Source: Raillietiella orientalis
Taxonomy: Eukaryota
Reading direction: 5' to 3'
Assembly: GCA_036172245.1 (NCBI GenBank)
Contig: JAYWIR010000017.1
Coordinates: forward strand, 124,001-188,000
Length of the DNA stretch: 64,000 bases
The position numbers were made by a program, and so were the translations under genes. Shown here in pieces: positions 27,850-40,859 of this stretch. Position 1 is the stretch's first letter. Each line of letters begins with the position of its first letter. A model generated the notes under the pieces. It made no database searches and had not been told where the DNA came from. It worked only from the letters and a program-made list of their open reading frames with translations.

Positions 27850-29500
27850 GATTTCTGAACTCACATGATGATCACGAGGAATTTCCTGCCCCCTCTCTTG
27901 GGGAGCAACACATCAGGCTTGTCTCAGTACCCTCCGTCAGAGAATTCAGTAAGCACTTAGCGCTCTTCTTGTTTTTGGGAACACCAAGCATTGTTTGCGA
28001 CCCGTAAGGAAGTCAGGGGATGTCTTGATTCCAAATCTGCATCTTGGTCGAGCAAAACCGCTGCAATGGATTCTCGGATAGAGGCTTCCGCTGTCCAGCA
28101 GAGCATTTTATCCGTATTCCATGAATTTATCGGGATCGTTGCTCCAAAAACGCATGTTGCGAACTGCACGTCTTTACCTTCTAAGAAAAAGATTGGCCGT
28201 GGCATCGGAGCTGGAGGAAAAAAGTGTTCGTCTAGTCTGTAAAATTGGCTCACCAGAAATACCGAGAGGTGGTGCAGAATAAAAAGACTATTCATGGGTT
28301 CCATGGACTCCTTGCTACAGGACGTCTCTGAGCATGGACACTGGCTCTCATCGAAAAGACAGGAATCCACACCTTGAATCTTCTTGCCTCCTCCCGTTCA
28401 AGGCACATTCAGCTGACAAGATGTCTGGGCAGAGTGGTGTTTCACCGGCACTCGGGTTCCTGCAGCAACTTCGTGCTCCTCTAACAAAGCTTCAGCAGCC
28501 GTCCTACGAATTGCTGCAAGGCGGCTGCTGAACCCTGAAGCTCGTAGCATCGACTTTCTGTCAGTCTCTTGTGGTGCTTTGATGTGGTTCTTTCAGGTCT
28601 TCGAATGGCTGGGTCTGCTGGTCTTCCCGTTTTCGCGCTGCATCTCTTCTTACCACTGGATGCTGCTTACGGGGGGTCTCACGGCAGAATCTCTCTCGAT
28701 TCTCAACGTGATTCGTGGATACTTCATCAAATCCGTGAGGAGTTTCCTGTTCATCCTATTTGCTCCACCAAAGCTCTACACGAGTGGCGAATTTCAAAGA
28801 GGATACGAGCACAAGTGTTTCTGTTCCTTTGCTGGTGCGCTCTTTAACTGGTCGCTCGATCGATCCAAGGAACTCACCAGTGCAACTCCCACAGAGTTAG
28901 AAGACCATCAGTTTGTGCTTTCAATTAAAACAAACAATTAGAACAAATTGGAGCGAACTCACTACTGTTGAGCGTTGCAGATGAGGCATCAGTTAGAGAG
29001 CTCAAGGGTGCAGATTAAGAGCTTACTTGGCTGTTTCATCTTCGACTTTCATTCAAGAGACGCAAAAGATGGTGCTATCTGCTGGCACGGGTTACAACAG
29101 TTACGCAGGCCTCGTCAAGAACAAGCTCCATCCCAAAGCATGACCAGCCAATCTGATCCACTTTGACGTGGAATGCACGATTAGTCATCAAGAAGCAGAC
29201 AACAAACAATTAACTAGTCCTCCATCAATTTTGCGGGTATGAACGGAAGGGTCAACCCTTCTGTTCAAGAAAGCTGCTTGGATAGGAACATAAGGCCTGA
29301 TACTGGAGCATATCGAACCACACAAGGCTGCAACGTTGCAATCTGAAAAGCATTGCGAGTGAAGAAAAGCGAAGCCGCAAGGATGAAGCCGCCTTTGCTT
29401 ACCCTGGCAAATTCACGGCTGTCCTTCTGTTACACCAGCACCCATCTGCCATCTCTTTTCGACGTCCGCATCCTTGCCTGAGATTGCCGCTTGCCGGTAA
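27850..29500 (-). pseudogene. EcKL/CHK-like kinase relic
   Basis: LFILHH..DVQFATCVFGATIP..MLCWTAEASIRESIAAVLLDQ within ORF 28370-27957. Confidence 0.45.
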
Positions 29501-29737
29501 ATCTAAATGCTGGGAACAATTACAACATCTGACTGTTGACGAGGCATCTCTATTGATTGTACATGCATTAGCTACTGTGTAGTTAGGAGCATGTCTTTCG
29601 CAGGCATCCTTTTGATGGTAAAGAAGTTCTACGGTTTGGTCTCAAAGGGAGACATCGCGATCCGCTGCCAGCGAAGGAAATCACACAAATAGGACCTTGG
29701 GCAAGCAGGAAAGCCACTCTTTGGCAGTGCCGTGTTG

Positions 29738-29810
29738 GAGGGAGCGCAGTTAGCCTGGGTAGCGACCCAGGCTAACTGCGATCCCTCATATTTCGATCCC
29801 TCATATTTCG
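29738..29810. repeat. Inverted repeat (16 bp perfect, 23 bp with one mismatch, 4-nt loop) with overlapping 15-bp tandem duplication
   Basis: CGCAGTTAGCCTGGGT-AGCG-ACCCAGGCTAACTGCG, followed by (ATCCCTCATATTTCG)2. Confidence 0.95.
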
Positions 29811-30779
29811 GTCAAGACAAGGCAGTTTAAGTGAAGGAATCATTTTTTCTTTTTTTCCTTCTTCTACACATCTCGAGGTTCCAAGGTTTTAGAAAGATCG
29901 CGTCATTAGCAAAGACCACGGATTCGGTCTCATCAGAAGGATTCAAGAAAAGGACTTCAAAAGGTTTTTCGAGGCACGAAGGAAGGAAAGAAACTATAAG
30001 GGAACAAGGATTGGATATGTTTGTCCTGGTGGCGTGCACACGAAGAAGGACAGAAAGAGTTGGTTGCTGTTGGGCATCTCGTTCTGGAGAAACTATTTCG
30101 ATCGATTTTTCAGGAATTAATAAGGCAGCAAAGATGCCTAAACACCCAGCATCTATGATGTACCCAAGAAGAAGATGCACTTTTTCAAATTGCTCGAACA
30201 GCTCTCAGACACACTGGGAAGTTGATACAGGGTAAAAACAAAGTCTAGGACGAAGACTTCACGCTTCTTCGGTAGCTCCCTTACTTGCAGAATTCCAAAG
30301 AGCAGAATGAGGAGAAACTTGACTGATCCCGGCGGGACACACACCGGAATTCTATTGCCACCGGTATTCCGGCTGGTCGCACAAGTGCGTTTCTGTGTGT
30401 CACCTCAGGCTGATAGTTGAGCCGTATATGCTTTTCGCTTTCTCCCCCTACGCGCTCACCTTCGATGCTCCCGAAGAGATCAACAGCTGTCCCCAGGCTG
30501 GATGAAACCTTGGAATCAGGACAGTCCCGAGTGAGCTGAGAGTCGGGTCTTTTTGGAAGTTCAGGTGCTCTACAGACAATTCGCTCTCTCCAATCCCAAA
30601 GCTGGACACCCAACAAGACTGCTGGAGGTCGGCAATGCGGAAAGGCAGGAGGATCAAGGGGAGAAATCAGTAAGGAAACAAATAAGACAGGGAAAAAGTG
30701 TCATCGGTTGGACTCGATGGCCCGCCTTCTGCAGCCTGCGTGCAACTGCATGTGGAGTCTCCTTTCTCTCCATGCTGAA

Positions 30780-31130
30780 GGTGAGACCATTTCGCCGCAT
30801 TCTTTATCGTTGAGGATGCAAGATGCACGGCTTTGAGCCCTGGCTGGCGCGTCTCCCGCGTGTACTGGAAGGCCACGATTCCCCTGAATGAGTCAGTGGC
30901 GTCTCAACCGGGACAGCAGGCTCAAGACCGTCGCGCGTAAAGAGGTGCCGCAGCAGCTCTTGTGGAGTCTTCGGGTCAAAGCGGAGCATCTCCGAGGCAT
31001 CCCCAGACGTTCGAAGGTCCCTGCATTCCCACAGCAGGTGCACGTACGTTTCCAATTCTGCCCAGCTGGCTCATGCTTGGGAGACGCCGCCGCTGCTTCC
31101 CTGGTAGCCCCAGCCCACACACAACAAAGC
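30780..31130 (-). mobile_element. Diverged LINE ORF2 C-terminal fragment
   Basis: ETYVHLLWECRDLR..LLRHLFTRDGL resembles ESLPHLLVNC..FFQRDAL of the full element. Confidence 0.65.
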
Positions 31131-31299
31131 CTCTTCGTTCTGCCACCTGGGAGGAAGCATGGAGATGACCAAATAAAGGAGCCGCTGGTGGCGATGGTCA
31201 CAGTCTCCGACGACAGAATGTCCGTATCTGCGCTCAACGGAGCAGACGTTCTCGAGCAGGAACTAAGTGTCTCCGCGCAGGTTAGCCGGCCATCGACCA

Positions 31300-32400
31300 T
31301 TTGCCAATGGGTTTCCTAACTCTTGTGGAGCACAGGATATATTCCACCTTGCCTATTTGCAACTGTTGTTTTCCTCCTCTAGAAAGTTCAACTCTGCAGA
31401 TTAAGCGTATTGCGCTGACTAGGACCCACTTATTGGGTCTTCTCACACGTCCCTTAAAGAGGTCATGGACGGCACGAATCGACATTGGTACTGCCCCGTC
31501 GATGAGAACTCATCTGCCACTGCTTCAGGTCACCATGAGTTGTCGTTCACAGTGGGGCTAGAGACCTAATAGTGTGCTCTCAGCAGGGGACAGTCTGCCT
31601 CAGTAGGAGCCCAGGAGGCTTCTTTCGGTCCCTGTTGCAAGGTAGCAAAGACTCTGCTCCTTCTCAGGAAGACACCAGTGCAGCATCTCATCCCATTTTC
31701 AGCCATCTTCCTGAGAGTCCGGGCTGTATCTCTGGCACCCGTTACACTGTGCGCGTAGTCACTTCATCTTCCCCTGGCGAATTCCTTCGGCATGCCATGA
31801 TCTCATCATCACAATCCGCTGAGCTTCAAGAAGCAAACGGAAAGATCGCCAGGGCAGGCGAAGCCCGGCTGAAGAGATCGCAAGTAAGATGACACCAGGT
31901 GCTCCAAACAAGCAGATGTAATCTGCTGTTCGAGTTGCAGGAACAGAATTTGGCAGCGCTCCAGCGAAAGGTGAAGCAGAACTTTTAGCTAATGTCTTTG
32001 ACATTCTTGACATGGACACGTCGGCAGGTTGTCTTGCTGATTTCAAGAAAAGAGAGAACAATGATAATACATGTGGGAAGAAAGGTGATGAGAGACCATA
32101 CAGAGTCTGTATCCCTTCCTGGTGTCGCTCGTACAGCAGCTGGCACTTCTGCTGGGTCTAGGTTGTTGAGTGCTAGCAGTGTCTCAGAGCACGAGAAAGA
32201 GCCTGATGCAACTCGTGAACAGAAGTGGAATGTCTTGGAACGCATGGATATTTGCACATTTGGAGATGTGCAACAGCACGGGAGGATTCCTTGCCCGCAC
32301 CTCAGGAGGCCTGACGTCTTCTCAGTCGAGAGCGTGAAGAAAGCGGCAGTTGCAATATGGCACGTTGCGTCTGAGAACCGCACCATCCCATCCCATACCG
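31300..32400 (-). pseudogene. EcKL/CHK-like kinase relic
   Basis: ATCHIATAAF, GRDTDSVW and ADYICLFGAPGVIL (~31927-31885), in order. Confidence 0.45.
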
Positions 32401-32559
32401 GCGACGGCCACCACCCCGACTGGATCTAGTAAGGAGGGTCCGGTTCTGCTTTCGGAGGGGAAAGGAGGCAGGACTCCGCCTCTGTGTCCTCTGGGAAGCA
32501 GCGTTCAACGAAACTCTGTGAGGCCACTTCCCTTCCTTCACCAGAAACTTGGCCGTCGC

Positions 32560-34600
32560 CGTTCTCCAGATTAGCATGGATCAGGTTTTTACGTAACTTT
32601 CCTCCCATCAAGATATAGGTGTTCTCAGCATCATTCTTCCTTCCTTTTCTTCCCGGATGCATCACATGATGTAATCCACAACGTGCGTCTTTGCTCCATC
32701 AAATTCCGGGTAGGAATTCAGGAAAAAGCCATGCGCAGGATCACGAATGAAGCTGTGGCATCGAGTGTCACTTCCTTGCAAAGTTCCGAAGAGGCCGCCT
32801 TTCGCATCTCATGCGAGACTGAAGTGAGTCTGCAGCTCTGGGTGCCGTGGTTCCGCGAAAAACACGCGGATGAAGAGGAAGGGAGCTCGACGACGCAGCA
32901 GAAGAAATACGAACACGGATCTCGTTCCAGCCTCTAAGTTGCCGAGTAGCTTACGACTTGGAGAATGCTTGACAGAGAAAGCTGCGTCTGGAGTGTGGTT
33001 TTCCTGGGGAAGTAAGGGAGCGTATCTACGTTCATGTTAAGAACGGAGATGCAGAAAAGCAAAAGAGGACTCTCTTGTCTGCCCCCTTCAGCTCTCCCTG
33101 TGATTTTCAAGGTTCTTGCATCACATGAATGACGGAATCGATGTTCTCCATACAAATCTCGGTCGTAATTTACGTTGGAGCACACTGTTTCTTGTCTGAG
33201 GTCCTCAGTCAATCTCTCAGGGAGTTTCCCAGCATTTTTTGGTTTGCTGGCTCTCAACACCCCAGGGATCCTACTACGAAGCTCATATTGTTTCTCTCCC
33301 ATCGGAAGAGAAGCAAGGATTTGGTCTTAGGAGCTCTCCCTTCGTTTTCTGTCTCGCTTTTCCTGGAGCTACTCAAAAAGGCACGCAGACATCTGTTGTG
33401 ATTGCCCTTCCGTCCGCCTTGGAGCACGAAGTCTGGCTTCAGCTTCCAATCTGCCCCCGGGATGTCGATCAGAGGTCACCGAATCCCAATTTCCGGGAGA
33501 TCAGACCCTTTATCGGCCGGGTTTCTCATTGACCTCAGATGCATTGTCATCGGCCTACGGAAATGTCGGCGCTGCGGATTCTGCGCAAGAGATAGGCAAG
33601 CGAAGTGGAATCGTTGAGCGGCGTCCCTGGCAGGCGATATCCGTACAGAAGGGTGACTCGCGCCCATGGATGAATTCATGGCCTGAGGACCGAAGGTGTT
33701 CGCTGCTGAGCAGAAACTGTTCCGGAGGGCGACATCGCATGACACGTGTGGGTTTCCAGCCATGCAAGAGACGTGACGAACGAAAGGCGAAGCGCTGTGG
33801 AAGAGTTGTCATCAAGAAGATCAGAAGCGAGGATGACTCTTTGCTTTTTCGCCCCGGGATTAGGAGCAAACGCGAGCACGGTAATGCTCTCCATTCAATC
33901 GTCAAGAACTACAGCAGATAACTGCCATTTATCTTCGTAGAACTAGTGGCCGAAAGCGTGGCCGCTGCAATCTGTCTGGTTGGGCGCTAGCAGGGCTGTC
34001 AAGCAGCTCTGAGTTCGACCCGTTGCCTTCCGTACTTGGGACCAGAGTTCCTGTCGATTCCGTGTTCTTCGAAATCGACGATTTCTTGGTGACCCTGTCT
34101 GCCACTTGACTGCAGAAAGTGCTAACCCAGAAAGGTGTTGAAGGAAACTACAGACCGGGCGGCGACGTCGCGAAGACGGCTATGAGTCCTGGGCTCTCCT
34201 TCGTTCACCTATGCTGAAGAGCTGCTTGAATTGGAGCTGAAGCTTCCATCACGCTGGGATGTGAGCCTCAGGAGCAAAGGTCAGAAGAAAAGAGGAGAAA
34301 GGCAAAATGATAAACTTGAGCAACTGAATATGTTCATGTGGGTGGTCTTCAACGATGGGTTTCAGAGGCAGAAGCAGCAACGCCACGAACTTTTCCTCGA
34401 TCTGCGAATTCAGTCATAGAGACAGCGATTGCACTTTTTGCATGCCCAGAAACTCTTGTGGGTTATGGGGTCAAAAATCTCATGCCGCATTTGGAACCCT
34501 TGAAGCCATCAAAATCTCTTCCCAGCTAGTTGGAGTCCAGCTCCTCTGGTTCCAAGCAGAGGTCTCTATGGCAGGGAATACCCTTTGGAATCACGCGTTC
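32560..34600 (+). pseudogene. EcKL/CHK-like kinase relic (near full domain) plus a second C-lobe fragment
   Basis: CETEVSLQLWVP and AHCFLSEVLSQSLREF, then in one frame QKGDSRPWMN (33646-33675) and VGFQPC (33748-33765; GGT is one transition from GAT). LNMFMWVV..RHELFL at ~34324. Confidence 0.55.
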
Positions 34601-34699
34601 TTGTGGTTTTCGTGTAGGCATAAGTAAACCGATCAAGAAAACCTTCAGATTACAGTTCTTTGGCACGTCGACACAGCAACGGAAGAAGCCTCTGTTGTC

Positions 34700-36500
34700 C
34701 TCATCCGTGTAAACAGCACAGTTATCACATAGTTTGGCTGGAAGCACTATCCGGTCAAGAACAAGATCACGCGTTCTCCGTCGGATGTCGGGTGCACATA
34801 CTGAATCCAATGCAAAAGATTTTCATTAAAGCAAGGACCGTCATCGAATCCATCGTGATTTGGGAGCAAGGAAATAACGGGCAAGAAAGATTCCACGGCA
34901 GTGAATACTACGCAGTTGCAGAACCAGCACTGTTTCGAAGGCTCCAGCCTTCTGGGTTTTCAGTGCCAGTACACGAAACAGAGGTTTCAACAGAGAAGAT
35001 GCAAATGACCAACCAGGGCGTATGGCCCTCACGTTTTCCAGGGTGCTTCTGCGGAATGCTGAAGAAACTTGCCGTTCGCTCCTGCATGTGATGATCTTAA
35101 GCAAGGATCCTGGTCGAAACACTCCTAAGGGAAACCGATTCATGGGCTGAATGCAGGGTGAACCGGCGGTTCCTCTCTGGTTGCGAAATCGGACTTTTGG
35201 TGAAGACTCGCCTCTGGTAGCAGCTACCGCCTCTCCAGTTAATTTTTCCTCCCTTTCTTTTCTATTTCTTTTTCTCATCTTCCTTCCTTCTTCCTCCTCT
35301 TCCCTTCTTCTTCCTCCCTCCTTTTTTCTCTCTTCCTCCTTCTCCTCCTTTCCGTATTCAAAAGCACCCTCAATGATGTTCCAGCTGTCCCCGTGCACCC
35401 TGACATGGACTGTTGCCCCGATCTTCCTTTCTTCGCCTTTCCAGAGTCGAGGTTTCCGGAATGACCCTTCGTTTCAATAGCTTTCTGTTGGTCGCGTGGT
35501 CTTAAAGACGGTGTGCGTGGGTGGTGAATGTCGAGGAAGGAGTTCTTTCTAGCACAAGTCAGATGCTGTGTTCATTTTGACCATTCTTCGAGGAGACTCC
35601 GAGGGTGCTCATTCAGCGTGGTAGATTGCGTGAGTCTTCCCTCCTCCTCCACATCTGAAGCGCGCTCCCCCACAGGTCCTTCATCTGAGTGCCGGGGACG
35701 CGGCTGACGGAAGTGAATGGCGAGTAAGGAGAAGGAACGGGACCGACCTCGCTTCGCAAAATGTTCCAGGACGTCGGCACACGTTCCAGAAATGGATCGA
35801 AGCAAATGTGGCTCCTGGGCTCCCACACAGCCACACGCATCATCCCCAACAAGGATCGGGAGAGCTCGTTCGCTCTGTCGTAGCCAGGCGACCGTCGAGA
35901 AAGCAGCAGCACGAAAGGCAGTCCTCCAGGCTCCTCGGCTAGCCCCTGGCCGACAGCGGACCCGTGAACCAGGGAAACTTATCGAGGACCACAGCGTCTG
36001 ATGCGGAGCTTCGGGGTTTTCCTTCCAGAACGCTTCGAGATGATTGCGGGTGGGCAGGTGGTGCTGCTGGTGATGGTGATGAGACGGAGGAGGAGGAAAG
36101 GAAGTGATGGCAGAGAGTGCTGGAGGGGTATGGCGACTGGGCGCTTCTAGCTCATCTTCTTCTCAACCAGCCACCGTCGAACTCTTCCGCACCCAAGATC
36201 GCTCCAGACCCACGCCAGAATCTCCCTCTCGATCAAGAGACGCGATTCGCCACCTTCCGAGTCCCGGTGCGTGCGCTCTCCCCGGGTCCTCTCCGAGGTC
36301 AGGAGACGCGTCCACCCAGCACGTCAGCATCCCCCCTCGATGCCAGGAAGTGCCGGGTGTGCCGGGGGAGTTCGATGGTGCCTTTGATGGCGATCATGGG
36401 GGCGCGGTCCTTCCCATAGCACCCCTCCTCACGCTCCCTGTCACTGTGGGAGCAGATGGAGGGCGTCGGAATTCGTGCCCCTATCCTCACGCCAGGAGAG
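34700..36500 (-). pseudogene. EcKL/CHK-like kinase relic with intact HGD
   Basis: TCADVLEHFAK, then in one frame VHGDSWNIIEGAFEY (HGD at 35395-35387) and KVRFRNQRGTAGSPCIQ. Confidence 0.65.
35243..35352. repeat. Polypyrimidine/polypurine low-complexity tract
   Basis: About 110 nt almost entirely C/T on the + strand. Confidence 0.9.
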
Positions 36501-37499
36501 CCCGAGAAGCGGCGCCGCCGCCACTCTGTGGCCGCGCGCAGGGTTCCTTTTTCCCTCCCCACTTCCCCAGGGGGGGAGGAGGAGGAAGGGGGGATGAATC
36601 CGATTTTTCATTTTCCAAGTCAGTAGGTCGTCAAGCCATAAAAATCCAATTTTATGACGTCAGGCGGCGCGGCGCTTCCTTCCCCACGCCGTCTCCTCCT
36701 CCCGGTGTGCCATTCCGGCATGCAACGCCGTGGCTAATGGTCCTTATAATAGGAGGAGACGCCCGGAGCGCATCCCGGATCAGGAGTCCTTGAAATTGCT
36801 TCCGTCTCTCCTCCGGAGGCTGCGTCCGTCCGCGCACCTGCGCGTCCCAGCCCGGATCTTTCTGGGCTTGGGCCGCCCTCCCAACACGGGAAAGGAACAG
36901 TGCCTCTCCCGCGCTTTCCAGCCTCTTCCGATATCACCAGAGCGGGGAAGAAGGGGCAGCGGACGAAGGAAGAAGAAGCGTGAAGGGTGGAGGAGGGGAA
37001 GGTCACCTCGATGCGAGTCCACAAACCGAACCCCTTCGCCCACCCACTCTCCCCTTTCCTGTTTCACCTTCGTGGACACGGGAGCGGTCGAAAGGAGGAG
37101 GGAGGTCTCTCTTGCCGCCGTAGTCGCGAGACGACCTGCCCTTCCCCACCGCGTACTGGAGCTTCGGCCCGCGGTTACGAAAGGCGGAGAGGGCGTGCCT
37201 CGTAGGACGATGAGGTATGCCGCACGAGACCCCCATAGGCGCAGACACGGCGTACCTGGCCCTACTGAAGGGCGGTACAGTTCAAAATAGGCGGAAACGG
37301 ACTCTCCCAACCCCCTCCCCCTTCCCTTCCTCCAGATGGTCCCTAACTCACGCAGGTCCTCGGACTCAGGAAGAGTGCTGTCGGGAGCTCTTCCTGCCTG
37401 TCCCCGGGACTTTCCCCGGGGAAGGGATAGGGGCTTTGGGTTTACCGGTCCATAGTCTCATGTGCGCTGCGCAGACCGGCTACCCTTGCCGCATCTAGA

Positions 37500-38300
37500 G
37501 AGGGGGGGGGGCTGTAGCTACCGTCAGCGTCTCTAAAGTGGTGCCCCACACGCTTCCCAGTGTTCCGGGCTGCTGCTACTGCTCTCTTGACAGGTGGCAA
37601 TGTGGAGGCAAGCTGTGGGGCTCACGGGAACTCCGGGGGACATTCATCGCTGAGGAGGTCGTGGGATTCCTACGACGAGGGCCCAGTCCCGAAGCAGCCT
37701 CTAGAGCTCTCCAGAAGCATGCACGGAAGGGTTTCTGCGACGCCCTCTTTCTGCACACCTCATCGACATCTCACTGTCGTACCTTCCTCTCTCTTCCTTC
37801 TCGGCACCGTCACTGTCGTCCTGGTTGACAGCTCGAAACTTCCATTATGCAGCGCTCCTGTACGGCGATTATCGGCATCAGCAGAGCGGGTTGCTGCTCT
37901 CCCTCTACCCCTGATGGGCTTTAGCACTTTCCCTATTGACCCCTTCCCCTATTGCAGGATGGGGTGTGCTCTCGTTCCGGACGCTGACATCATTCGCGAG
38001 CAAAGCATCTCTTTTAGTTGCCTCCCCTGGATGCCATCGCGAATGATCCATCGCGAATGTGTTCGGCTTTTCCACCCCGTCCACCGCTTCTCCGTGGGCA
38101 CCCCTCTGTCCTCTTCCCTTCGCCGGGTCGCCTCGAAGCCGCGTGGAGTCTGCTGCGACCCACGCTCGAGACATTCCGCTTCAGATTGGAGCTCTGCGGG
38201 TGCAGAGGGAGCCTCCAGTGGGAAGAGCAGCTGCACTGCATTCCGTGCACATCCGCAGGAGCCGAGAGAAAGCGGCGAGTCTCTTAGCAACCGACCGTGC
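37500..38300 (+). pseudogene. EcKL/CHK-like kinase relic, C-lobe
   Basis: IDPFPYCRMGCALVPD (from 37935) and SRMIHRECVRLFH within ORF 37560-38435. Confidence 0.45.
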
Positions 38301-38699
38301 AGGAGAAGGAGAAAAAAAACGGAGGCGGGGGAGGCCAGACTCAAAGAAGGACCGGGAAGAAAAACCGAACGAAAGAAAATTTTGTGGAAGAGGAGTTCTC
38401 AGGACGCGAGGAAGGAAAGAGACTCGAGATTGTAATACACGGATCGTCTCTTACGATGTCTGCTGGGTGCCGAGGCAAAGGAGGGAGAGGGGGGGAGGAA
38501 TGGCGAAAGTTCCCTTCCTGGAACGCTCGGCTCGGAGCGGCAAAAGCGAAAGGGGAAGGAGAAGGGGGGGAGGGGAAGCAAGGGGGAGGAAGGGATTTGC
38601 GGAGTCCCAGGAACGCGTGCAAAAGGCTCCGGCAGCATCATCCTTTCAGGGAGCCGCCTCGCTGTGATGAGGGAGGCCCCACGCACCTCCCGCACGCCC

Positions 38700-39850
38700 A
38701 CTCGCCGGTGATTGGATCCCGCCATGCGGTGAGAGCCGAGTCCTGCAGAGAATCGCGAGCAAAAACGCTGCGGGGTCTCCTTTTTCCCGGGGCAGGCAAG
38801 GGGCCTCGGCAAGCGGTCCGTCTCTTTGCATCCCATTTTCGGCTTTTCGACGTGCCTGCTCGTCCCGTCCTGTACCGGTGCCGTCTGTCCTTGGACCGGC
38901 ATCTCCGCGCGGCTCCTTGCAGCCTCTCCTGATCTGACCGCAGTTTCTTCCGGCACCGGGACGACTCATCACTAGAGGAGTGGTGATGTCCCCTTATAGG
39001 GGCAGCTGGGGTAAGGAAAGGGATGACGACGATGAGGAAGAACGCCGCACGATAGGGGCAGCGGCTCTCTTGGAACAAAGGGAAAGATAAGATTGCGGAC
39101 TCTTCCTACTCATCGTCATCCTCTTCTTCTTCACTTCCTCCTTTTTTTTTTTTTTTAACATTTGCTAGATGTTTATTTCGATGTATATCGTCCCCAAATC
39201 AGTTTATGGGTTTCCTTTCCCGTTTCGTACAGAACACATAAATACACAAACACTGCATGCATAAACCAGAAACAGACGTTCGCTTCTTTCTGAAGAGTGC
39301 TGGTTATGCTGGAGATACGGGGATTGCGAGGAAGGATAAAATAATCCACAGCAGTGAGATGCGTTGGGGTTACCATTTGACCAAGCGCCTCCCTCATATA
39401 TTGGTCCGATCACTTTCCAGGATTCCTTTTCTCTTTTCTACCTCCTCCTCCTCTTCCGCATTCCTCCAAGCATCATTTTCCAGCCTCTTATCCACCTAGA
39501 GGCATCTGGGCAGCGGACGCTGCACATGCCGAGCCCTTGTTCCACTCCCACGGCAGGCAGAGCATCCACCCGGGGAGGCTGACTAGCCAAGCAGCTCTCT
39601 CTACCCGGAGAAAAGATGCAGCTTCTCGAGGTCTGGCAAAAGTCAGCTATCCGGAGGGTTGCCCAGAAAGTCTTTCCTGGAGCTGCCCGCGCGCGAACCG
39701 CATCAGCGCGTGCACCAGAAAAGTCCCTTGTTGAGGCGACCCTCCCCCTCCCCCAACAACTTCCTTCGCACACAAAACATCCTCGCCAGATGGCCACGGT
39801 ACCGGAGGGGAGTGCCGCGCGCGCCTTCTCGCCCTCGCCCGCGACACTCC
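38700..39850 (-). pseudogene. EcKL/CHK-like kinase relic, interrupted by AT-rich DNA
   Basis: LIFPLFQESRCPYRAAFFL..IRGHH (~39093-38980). Confidence 0.35.
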
Positions 39851-40859
39851 GAGGGAGATGAGTTACAAATTGGGGGCCGGATCCGACCGCCACCCTCGCT
39901 CCCCCACCGGCTCGCCGTGCGGCTCAGATCCCGCGCGAGGGGGCGACCGCGGGGCGAGTCGCCGCCCCTCCTCCGAACGCCGCTCCCGGTAAAGCCCCCG
40001 AGATGCCTGCGCGGAGTGTTTCCTGCGTTCCGCTTCGGGGAAAAGACGGGTTCGTAATGAGCTCCCGGACTTAACGAGATGATTTTTCTCCCGGCTGCGA
40101 CGTGAGTGACTGCGAGGAGCATCGAGGGGAAAAAAAATGACAGGAGCGAGCATCTCCGCGCGCACAAATCGCTCCGCTTCCAAGAGGGATATCCCAATTA
40201 TTAAGGACGACCGTGGAAACGCTTCATTTCTCCGGATACCTTTTCCTAAATGGCGGAGCGGTGTTCCCGCTCTTCTGTTGGCTGGCCGGGTTCCGACAGA
40301 GCCGCTTAACAACTTAATTGGGAGCCGCCCACTCCTTTCTGATGTTGTTAAACAGATTTAAAGACAAATTTTCCTCTCATACGCGGGATTTATCGTCAGC
40401 ACATGGTCGGATGCCGGAGGTTTAATCAATCCTTTATCGCCCGCGGAGCGATGGATCGTCGCTGACTGAAACAGATGAGAGGGCAAGGGAGGCTCAGGGA
40501 GAGGAAGCGCTCGTAGGTCGGGTTGGAAGGAGCGGAGGAGAGACCAGACCCGCGGGGATGGGTTTCGATCCGCCTCTTTCGAGTGCATCCCACTCAGAGG
40601 CGGACACCCCCGCGGGGCTCCCGTAGTCCCGAGCCACACGCACTTCGGAGACGAGGGGAATGGGGGTGGAGGAGCGGCCAGAGACGCTTCCAGCACCGTT
40701 CCGCCCTCCGAGATTCCGTACCGGGGTCGTTGCCTTCCGCTCGCTCCCGGGGCGCTCGTCGAGAACGTAGTGGCTCGCCCCAGGCATGGTCCGACCGCTC
40801 TCGTCCGCACGAGGTGCCGTGTATGCGGACCAGTTCGCCCCCCTTCCCTTCCCTTCGCG

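Noticed and set aside
30345..30375. EFYCHRYSG resembling a MULE/FAR1 zinc-finger start
   Set aside because: Isolated short match with no supporting motifs.
32245..32305. SWIM-finger-like ICTFGDVQQHGRIPCPHL on +, suggesting a MULE transposase
   Set aside because: The second Cys is missing, no DDE core is nearby, and the opposite strand carries ordered kinase motifs.
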